Positions 56,555-64,000 of a stretch of DNA of 64,000 bases are shown piece after piece; the first letter of the stretch is position 1; every line of letters begins with the position of its first letter. The stretch is from IMG/VR virus record IMGVR_UViG_3300043177_000122, positions 224,001 to 288,000 of that record. One strand, given 5' to 3'. The notes under the pieces were generated by a model, which searched no databases, was not told the DNA's origin, and saw nothing but the letters and a program-made list of their open reading frames with translations. A program made the translations under genes and the position numbers. Source of the DNA: a virus (Duplodnaviria; Caudoviricetes).

Positions 56555-58750
56555 ATGTGTCCCTGCAATCCGAATAATGTCTCATTACCATCACCATCTG
56601 GCCCTAGTGGCCCATCTATGCCAGGATTTGGTATACCTTCTTCTTTACCAATCCCAGCCATTCCATATCCTGATGGATTCCCAGAAGATTTACTAGACAT
56701 TATGAATAAGCTACAAATGCTTATTCCACCCGGAGCATTAAAGCCTCAGCTAAATCCTAATTTTTGCAAAGACATTTATGATGGCATTATGAAACTACTT
56801 GATCAGTTTATGCCATTCTTAATGTTATACAAGTTCTTTTTGCCAATTTTAAATCTTATTATTTGTATTATTGAGGTGCTATGTGCGCTAATGAATCCAT
56901 TTGCGCTAATTTCTGCTTTAAACAGATTATTCACTCAATGTATTCCAGAATTCTTGAACCTGTTCCCCATATTTGCTCTTATCTTAATGATAATTTCACT
57001 GCTATTATTGTTATTAGCTTTAATTTCATATATCATTAATCAAATTCTAAAGCTCATTAAGTCAATTTTAAGAAACATCAATGCATTATTTAAAGCCTTT
57101 AATGCGGCTAATGCTACTAGCGTATTAACTATTGCTAAAAAGCTTGGCGCCCTACTGTGTATCTTCCAAAACCTTTTTGTTCTATTAGCTCTGTTTGCGA
57201 TTATTATCCAAGTCATTAAAGATATTTTAAGCTTAATCTTCTCTATTCCTCCATGTGATGGCGGAGGCCCAGGAAGCACCGATGGTTGTTGTGCTGCAAC
57301 ATACTGCCCAACTATTGTACAAGGACAAATTAACAACAAAACGGGCACATTACAGTATTTGCCACAAGCTGGATATCAAACTAGTGTTGCACTTGGCTCT
57401 CTATTTCTAACTTCTGATTTACGAACAGAAAGTTGGCAATTATTTGATGCTCAACAAAGTCAAGCACAAGCGTTTTACAACATTGTGGATGCTTTTGATG
57501 TGTCACCAACAGTTATACCAAAGCCAGTATACTTTCCAACAGATGCCAGTTATTCTGCCACTACTCCACCAGGTCAAGCCGCTTATACAGTTGATTTAAG
57601 AATGTTCTATAATCCCGCACAATGGGGTCGCGATGGGGATCCTCAGTACATTAGATTTAAAGACTGTATAGTTTTGAAGGTTCCATCACAAACCTTAAAT
57701 ACTTACGATAATGGAACTTCCAACAGAACAACCGGAGTATTGGCTATTGCTGGAGGACTAGGATATCTAGATGATGGTAAAACAAAACTAACTGGTTTTG
57801 CACCAGATGGGATTACTCCAATTGCTGACCAAGCTACTCTGAATAATTTTATTCACAAAGAAGCTCAATTCTCTACAAATCCAGTTTTGACTCCAAATGA
57901 TGGTTACACATTCTTTGATATGGAATATACATTCAAACCAAATCTTCCGGTGCTATTACAGAAGAATTTAGTTAATGCTAGATGTATGCCATCTATTGCT
58001 CAAAATCAACAATTTTTAAGCACTGTAGTATTTTCTCAAGTAGGATTCCAAGCTGCCGCACTCGCAGACCAAGTAAATGGAAGGAATGGAAGAACATTCC
58101 CTGATCCTAATGCAGCATTGGAGTGTTTGAACACTGCAACATCTAATTTGCGTTCTAATTTAACGGTTCAAGGTGTTGCGGACTTTCAAACTAGTTGTTT
58201 AACATGTTTAGGGAAATTGGAACAAGATACAAAGGATGCTATATTTGGATTGATTGGCATTGGGTTTAATCCGTGCAAAAGTACATTTAGCATGACTCCA
58301 TTAACACAGTTTACTACGGCTCCAATTGTAGTTACTGTTAATATTAATGAAAATGGCGGATTACCAATTACCAATGGTATACCTACTGATGTCGCAGAAA
58401 ATATTGCAAGAAACATTGTGGCTACGCCAACTGTTGGTACTGTGAGCGCATTCTCATATGATGGATATCAGGCATTTACCGCCAATCTAACAAGTCCAAA
58501 TCCTGGTAAAGGAGAAATTATGGTTTCTTTCTTAAACCAAGTATTCTGTACCAATACATTTGGCACATTAAATGATGCTACAGGTGAACTAACTACGGCG
58601 CCATCTCACGTTCTTCAAAAATTGAACTATGAATTCGTCTTCTCTCCACAAGCTCCAGACAATATTCCACTCACTGGCGAAGGCGATACCACTGGTACAC
58701 AGCCACGTCGTGATGCTGGTGATTTACTTAGAGATAAGGATAATAGCTAA
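56555..58750 (+). CDS. Cys-rich baseplate-region protein with several long hydrophobic helices
   Basis: Three hydrophobic stretches in the first ~230 aa; function unknown. Confidence 0.55.
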   Translation: MCPCNPNNVSLPSPSGPSGPSMPGFGIPSSLPIPAIPYPDGFPEDLLDIMNKLQMLIPPGALKPQLNPNFCKDIYDGIMKLLDQFMPFLMLYKFFLPILNLIICIIEVLCALMNPFALISALNRLFTQCIPEFLNLFPIFALILMIISLLLLLLALISYIINQILKLIKSILRNINALFKAFNAANATSVLTIAKKLGALLCIFQNLFVLLALFAIIIQVIKDILSLIFSIPPCDGGGPGSTDGCCAATYCPTIVQGQINNKTGTLQYLPQAGYQTSVALGSLFLTSDLRTESWQLFDAQQSQAQAFYNIVDAFDVSPTVIPKPVYFPTDASYSATTPPGQAAYTVDLRMFYNPAQWGRDGDPQYIRFKDCIVLKVPSQTLNTYDNGTSNRTTGVLAIAGGLGYLDDGKTKLTGFAPDGITPIADQATLNNFIHKEAQFSTNPVLTPNDGYTFFDMEYTFKPNLPVLLQKNLVNARCMPSIAQNQQFLSTVVFSQVGFQAAALADQVNGRNGRTFPDPNAALECLNTATSNLRSNLTVQGVADFQTSCLTCLGKLEQDTKDAIFGLIGIGFNPCKSTFSMTPLTQFTTAPIVVTVNINENGGLPITNGIPTDVAENIARNIVATPTVGTVSAFSYDGYQAFTANLTSPNPGKGEIMVSFLNQVFCTNTFGTLNDATGELTTAPSHVLQKLNYEFVFSPQAPDNIPLTGEGDTTGTQPRRDAGDLLRDKDNS

Positions 58751-60567
58751 TGGCTGAAAGACCACAGAGTGCATTTCAAAATAACTCAAATTTTGATCCT
58801 GACATCCCAAAAATGTATAAGCACTTTGTAACTGGTGGTAGTACACCGGGTGACAATGAGGCTGGTGAGAATGTTGGTATTGATGATTTGAGAGGACAGA
58901 TTAGTATTGGTGTTACCGGCCAAACCACTAAAAATCTTATTGCCTCTCTAAATATCAGTCCAACTTCTAAGACGCCTGCACCTAGTGCTAATACTTCTAC
59001 TCCAGTACAGCTAGTACAAGAAAGTAGATGCCACACATTTTTCCGTATTTTAGGATTTCCAGTTATCAATAAAGATAAAAGCGCATTCTACAATCCTGGA
59101 CTGGACGTAGTTAAAATACCTGGTGTTACTAGAAAAATTTCCTTAGCCACTAAAATTCAAATTGCTAGTAACATAGACCCTAAGTTTGAGGCACTATCAC
59201 AAGTTAGAGAATCCTACGCTAACAATACTTTACGTGTGTTTAATGTGCCCACTTCAGTGGAAGCCGGAGTTTTATCACTAATGTCTGGTACGTATGGCGA
59301 AAATGGTGCACCTAATCTACGTAAGTTTACATCAGATTCATTTAAGAATGGGGATGATTCGTTTGATTTTGAAGTTAATAATCAAGTCAACAATATAAGT
59401 ATTTTTTCTACCTATAGTTTAGTAGGAGATAATAAGATACTATTAGCGGATTATCAAGATTCTAGCGGTAGAAAACCTAACGCTTCCATTACTAATCCTA
59501 GTGTATTTCAACAACATTTTCATATTATAAAACCATTCATGGTGGATCCTCGTATTGACTTTAGCATTTGGTCTAACGAGTCCAAAACTTCTACTGGTCT
59601 ATCAAAAAGAGTAGCAGTTCCATTTGTTCCAAATGCTAAATATCTAAAAGCAAATAGTACGTCATTTTGTGAGCGCCCGCTTCTAGAAAAAATTATTACT
59701 GAGAGATTCTCTCAGTTTAACAGTATAGATTCTGGAACGGCCACTACTAACATCGTCAATTATGTTAAAGAGGTTAAGAGTATTCAAACTATTAATATTG
59801 GTGATGTAACCATTAGTCAACTATTCAGTAATAGTATTTATAAGCTGTCTGAACAAGCCGCTTTTGCACAATACTTATCTATTATTAGGGCGATGATGTA
59901 CAAGCTGTCTAAAGCCATTCACACAATATACGCTGTACAAGGAGATTATTATTGGTTACCAGTACCATCTACACTGGGCCCTGAGAATGGTTCAGGTGCT
60001 CGCGCTGTACCACTTAATGAAAATGTATCCTTAGATTTAGTGACATCATATGATTTTGATATTGCTTTTAATCAAGCACGAGTCTTAATGTCTAATATAA
60101 ATGCTAATGTATTTCAAGCCAATACTAAACCGGACCGTGGTGGGTTTGCTTTTAACGCCTTCTTTAACCATAAGTTACCGTTTGATAGCAGCGCATCAGA
60201 TGCCCAAGGCAATGTTAGTGCGCAAACTCAAGAAACATTAGACTCTATAAGACTAAAACATCTTGATAATGCTTCTAAGGCATTGCAGGTAGTAGAAATG
60301 ATTATGGGCGAGTTTAGTGGGTTTGGCCTTTGTGATATTATTGCGATTATGGGTGCTTTATATGTAATGCCTAAAGAAGATTTATTAGGTTTTTTGGATG
60401 ATGATGCAATTGTTCGTGCTGAAAATTCTCTTAAACAACCTTTAGCGGGCCAGAGGCCTAATATTCAAGACGCTCTAGACTCTTTAACTAAGACAGTCAA
60501 AGGGTTCTATCAGATTATGGACCAGGTTTTTCAAGACCAATTTCATAATAACGGCCCAGAGATTTAA
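58750..60567 (+). CDS. Hypothetical baseplate-region protein
   Basis: 605 aa ORF, TAATG-coupled. Confidence 0.6.
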   Translation: MAERPQSAFQNNSNFDPDIPKMYKHFVTGGSTPGDNEAGENVGIDDLRGQISIGVTGQTTKNLIASLNISPTSKTPAPSANTSTPVQLVQESRCHTFFRILGFPVINKDKSAFYNPGLDVVKIPGVTRKISLATKIQIASNIDPKFEALSQVRESYANNTLRVFNVPTSVEAGVLSLMSGTYGENGAPNLRKFTSDSFKNGDDSFDFEVNNQVNNISIFSTYSLVGDNKILLADYQDSSGRKPNASITNPSVFQQHFHIIKPFMVDPRIDFSIWSNESKTSTGLSKRVAVPFVPNAKYLKANSTSFCERPLLEKIITERFSQFNSIDSGTATTNIVNYVKEVKSIQTINIGDVTISQLFSNSIYKLSEQAAFAQYLSIIRAMMYKLSKAIHTIYAVQGDYYWLPVPSTLGPENGSGARAVPLNENVSLDLVTSYDFDIAFNQARVLMSNINANVFQANTKPDRGGFAFNAFFNHKLPFDSSASDAQGNVSAQTQETLDSIRLKHLDNASKALQVVEMIMGEFSGFGLCDIIAIMGALYVMPKEDLLGFLDDDAIVRAENSLKQPLAGQRPNIQDALDSLTKTVKGFYQIMDQVFQDQFHNNGPEI

Positions 60568-60581
60568 TTGGGCGATTTGCT

Positions 60582-60595
60582 TAATAATTTCACAT
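60582..60595 (+). promoter_or_regulatory. Candidate late-promoter motif (TAAT-AATTTC-ACAT)
   Basis: Intergenic motif match upstream of the gp25-like gene. Confidence 0.5.
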
Positions 60596-60614
60596 CATAG
60601 AGTGGAGTATAGAT

Positions 60615-61046
60615 ATGTCTTTTGATCTGAAAATAGTGAATGGCGATTTGGTTATTAATCAGGGCGCCCTCCGGACTGTAGTGGATAGCGAAAAGCTTAT
60701 TCAAGACATTCTTAAGATTTGTTTGACTGATGTTGGAGCTAATCCATTACATCCATCCTATGGTTCATTTTTGTCCAGATCTGTTGTTGGAAATCCACTT
60801 CAGACAAATGTAGTAGTGCAAATTGCTAAATCACAATTAAATAATTGTCTTACAAATCTTCAACAATTACAACAACTACAAGTTAAATCGTTCCAAAAAG
60901 TAAGTGCGGATGAACAACTTGCAGCAATTACAGGTATATCTATAGTAAAGAGCGCTTTTGATCCTAGACTCTTTACTGTTAAGATAAGTTGTTTAACTAA
61001 GGGGTTTCAGCCAATTACCACCGCTTTTACTATCTCAACAATCTGA
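60615..61046 (+). CDS. Baseplate wedge / sheath initiator (gp25-like)
   Basis: DLKIVNGDLVI...KLIQDILKICLT..G.NPLHPSYGS pattern; GTGGAG RBS. Confidence 0.8.
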   Translation: MSFDLKIVNGDLVINQGALRTVVDSEKLIQDILKICLTDVGANPLHPSYGSFLSRSVVGNPLQTNVVVQIAKSQLNNCLTNLQQLQQLQVKSFQKVSADEQLAAITGISIVKSAFDPRLFTVKISCLTKGFQPITTAFTISTI

Positions 61047-61055
61047 GGATAATTT

Positions 61056-64000
61056 ATGGTTACGATTCGCTCTGTCAATGAAATTATCGCCAGTCTAATC
61101 GATTTTTTTAGATTGGCTCAGCCCGATTTAGATACCAAGCCTGGTACAGTGGCTAGAGATTTATTCATTGAAGGTCCATCATCCCAATTATCATTACTTT
61201 ATGACCAATTACAAGGCGTTTCCAATAAGCAATCTCTTAGACTTTCTATTGGCACGGATTTAGATAACCTAGGTAAAAATTTTGGTTTGATTAGAAAACA
61301 GTCTACTCCATCGACTGGAGTGGCTTTACTTACATTCCCTTCTTTAAATTCAGTAATTAATATTAACAAAGGCGCCCCAATTTACACATTAGGCGGCTTA
61401 AGTTTTAGTGTTGTAAATGGTACTTCACTAGTTCCATCAAATATCAATTTCTATAGATCTGTAGCTACTAAGTTTGCTGCTCAATTAGCATTTGTAGGAA
61501 TTACAGATCAGTATGCTGTTCAGGTTACTGTTACTGCAAACTCTCCAGGCTCTTCTGGTAATATCGGCCAGTACAGTTTATCTAAAGTGGCTATACCTGG
61601 CATTAGCAATGTCACAAATATTGCTAGCTTCGCAGGTGGTACTGATCAAGAAACAGATGCTGCATTTAGAAATCGTATTCTTTCTACATTTAGTGGCTCT
61701 AGCGTGGGAACACAACTTGGATATTTGAATGCGGCTCTAAGTGTAACTGGAGTTCAGGATGCTGTAGTTATTGAACCAGGTAATCCACTAATGACTCGTG
61801 ACGGGTCTGTTGTAGAAACTATCAATGGAACTTTGACAATTATTCAGGAGGGTGCCGGCGGGAAAGTAGATGTAGTTGTATTAGGAACAAATGATGTAGC
61901 TAATACAGATACTTTTATCTATCAAGACAAAAGTAACAATAACGATCCAACAAGCTCTAAAAACAATTTCGTGTTAGGACAAATTGATGCAGATGCTAAT
62001 TTAAGCATTTCTCAAAAGAGAGTTAAAGACATCAAAAATGGACAATTACCTGCACAGCCAGTAAGTACTATTAATCAGGTCACAGGCTCTAGTAGTGGTT
62101 CAAATTTTATACCATATACTGTAGATCAATTTGGTCGTGGTTCCGGAAATTATTTGCTGGTTAAAGACACCGGAGTATATGGTGGTAGTTGTTTTGGATT
62201 TGATACTTTCGTATGGAAGAGCAACCAAATTGAATTTCAAGAAGATGTAATTAAGGGCCAGTCTAATGGACAAGACCCAACCACTTTTACTGAAGTACAA
62301 CAAATTTCTAATACTCAGCAGCAGTTGAGTGTAACTAACGAGAATAGTATTGTTACTAGCGATCGAACCATAATTCAACTTTTACATTATCCGGCAACTA
62401 ATGTTACAAGAGTATTTAATACGAATACTGGCGAGAGATATTTGATTGTTGATCAGAACGTTGATGATACTTCTCCAAATAATACAACTGGAAGAATTAA
62501 AATATCAGGAAATACTTTACCGGCACCAAGCGATATTTTGCAAGTAGATTATACTTGGGTAGTTGATTATGATCGATATTCTGATTTTGATGGTCTGCAA
62601 AATACACAAAATCCTAGAGCTGTTACAGATAGTGTTGATTGGGGATATCCTTCCGCTATTAAAAATGAAGTAGTTGAATTTGTTTTGAGTCCTGGAAACA
62701 ATTATTATATCGGAACTACATCACATCCGGTTGATACTATTATCTCTACAAACACATTTACACAAGTAGATGGGTATGTTCAAATTATTGGATCTGGTGT
62801 GTTCGTTAATAGGCTATCTGTTGCTCTAAATAATCTTGAAACACCATCAACCTCTGTTGACTCTATTGTTTGGAAGAACAACGGAACAGAACTTTATAAA
62901 ACAGACCAGCTAGACGGATCATTTTCCAATGTGGCCACGGTGGTTGGAATTAATATTTTATACAATACGACCGTTATTTTACCAACAGACACTCCAGCGC
63001 AAGTGGGAGATAGAGTTTCTGCTATTTTGAATGCCACTAATATTTTTCAGTCAAATACGCTTCAAGGAAGTAGTAACGGCACACAAGTTACCATTCCATC
63101 ATCATTGGTTAATTCATCTGCTGATAGAATTAATTTGCTAGTAAATTATATTGCAAATGTCAATGACTTATTCTCTTCAGCAATAATAAATTTGCCAACA
63201 AGCAGGTTGGGTAATGGATTTTCTCTTTCCAACAACAGTGGATTTAATAACTTTAGTATCGCTAACATTTCTAGAAGAGAAAACCGGATTGTTCGGTTAA
63301 ATCTAAGCAACCAATTCTTTGTTGAGTTAAATCTCCCCAACACTGATTATACCTTATTGACTGACAATATTCTTTCAGTTGTTAGATTATCTGATGGCAA
63401 AGAATTATGGAATCCAGATAATAAAGGAACAGTTACTGTAGGAGTAAGTGGTAATTATCAACTTATTCTAACTGGATTTAATACTCCATTAACTGCCGAT
63501 CGTGTATTAGTTATCTACTATGCAACGGATATTAGAAGATTCCAGCCATTTAGTTTTAGTAATAGAATCATCAAGACTCGCATTAATAGTTTAGGCGAAG
63601 ACCCTATTACAAAAAACTTTACTGTTCCACTCGTTGAGTTTACGGCCCAATCAAGCGGATTAAAATTTGATGTAGTTGAACAAAACAGTGACACAGTTTT
63701 GTTTAGCGTCACTGATGGGTACTTAACCCCAATAAATAGTACGCAAGCATTTATAAATAGTTTATCTGTTAATTTTTCTAGTTTACCAGATTTAACAAAT
63801 AAGCGTATCAAAATTACAGGCGCAGTTGCTCCAAATAATGATGGCTACTTTGATATTGTATCGTACAGTATTGGCACAAATAATATTACTATCACTAGTA
63901 TGTTAAACCACATTACTGCAAATAATATTTCTATAGTCAGATTATTAGATGGTAAAGAATTATGGAATTATTCTGGAACTATAGATCAAGCCAATAACAG
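61056..64000 (+). CDS. Baseplate J-like (gp6-type) wedge protein, runs off the window end
   Basis: Not in the ORF track, consistent with no stop inside the window; GAGG RBS; MVTIRSVNEII...GTDLDNLG.NFGLIRK and GGTDQETDAAFRNRIL signatures. Confidence 0.8.
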   Translation, partial: MVTIRSVNEIIASLIDFFRLAQPDLDTKPGTVARDLFIEGPSSQLSLLYDQLQGVSNKQSLRLSIGTDLDNLGKNFGLIRKQSTPSTGVALLTFPSLNSVININKGAPIYTLGGLSFSVVNGTSLVPSNINFYRSVATKFAAQLAFVGITDQYAVQVTVTANSPGSSGNIGQYSLSKVAIPGISNVTNIASFAGGTDQETDAAFRNRILSTFSGSSVGTQLGYLNAALSVTGVQDAVVIEPGNPLMTRDGSVVETINGTLTIIQEGAGGKVDVVVLGTNDVANTDTFIYQDKSNNNDPTSSKNNFVLGQIDADANLSISQKRVKDIKNGQLPAQPVSTINQVTGSSSGSNFIPYTVDQFGRGSGNYLLVKDTGVYGGSCFGFDTFVWKSNQIEFQEDVIKGQSNGQDPTTFTEVQQISNTQQQLSVTNENSIVTSDRTIIQLLHYPATNVTRVFNTNTGERYLIVDQNVDDTSPNNTTGRIKISGNTLPAPSDILQVDYTWVVDYDRYSDFDGLQNTQNPRAVTDSVDWGYPSAIKNEVVEFVLSPGNNYYIGTTSHPVDTIISTNTFTQVDGYVQIIGSGVFVNRLSVALNNLETPSTSVDSIVWKNNGTELYKTDQLDGSFSNVATVVGINILYNTTVILPTDTPAQVGDRVSAILNATNIFQSNTLQGSSNGTQVTIPSSLVNSSADRINLLVNYIANVNDLFSSAIINLPTSRLGNGFSLSNNSGFNNFSIANISRRENRIVRLNLSNQFFVELNLPNTDYTLLTDNILSVVRLSDGKELWNPDNKGTVTVGVSGNYQLILTGFNTPLTADRVLVIYYATDIRRFQPFSFSNRIIKTRINSLGEDPITKNFTVPLVEFTAQSSGLKFDVVEQNSDTVLFSVTDGYLTPINSTQAFINSLSVNFSSLPDLTNKRIKITGAVAPNNDGYFDIVSYSIGTNNITITSMLNHITANNISIVRLLDGKELWNYSGTIDQANN

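Noticed and set aside
126-63811. Many short overlapping or antisense ORFs in the track (e.g. 6074-6400, 12558-12899, 26210-26701, 37552-38193, 57040-57348)
   Set aside because: They are shadows of long genes with biased codons or repeats, with no RBS or recognisable motifs.
41294-64000. Tailocin or extracellular contractile injection system rather than a phage
   Set aside because: A major capsid protein, decoration protein, neck genes and G/GT chaperones are linked in the same window.
1-64000. Active stop-codon reassignment in these genes
   Set aside because: Standard-code ORFs tile the window almost completely with no in-frame TAG or TGA breaks; only TAG avoidance is reported.

Overview
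AT-rich, gene-dense segment of a large contractile-tailed (myovirus-type) phage genome, almost entirely the virion morphogenesis region. Order: four putative head-cargo/core genes, capsid decoration protein, HK97-type major capsid protein (6225-7238), accessory islands (CCA-adding enzyme, lipoprotein, patatin, cold-shock protein, GIY-YIG/HNH/LAGLIDADG endonucleases), many fibre/appendage genes, neck proteins, sheath, tube, a chaperone pair with a -1 frameshift site, tape measure, hub, spike, gp25-like wedge, and a baseplate-J gene running off the end. No portal, terminase, prohead protease, tRNA, CRISPR array or reverse transcriptase is seen. Best leads: a recurring K-x-A candidate maturation motif next to hydrophobic helices in the head-cargo proteins and the capsid protein; a compact multi-hairpin RNA in the capsid leader; a strand-oriented ATAA-N4-RCAT candidate late promoter; three apparent deletion scars leaving truncated genes; and a membrane-helix-rich protein after the spike. 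Product calls come from motif recognition and gene order only; no database search was run.
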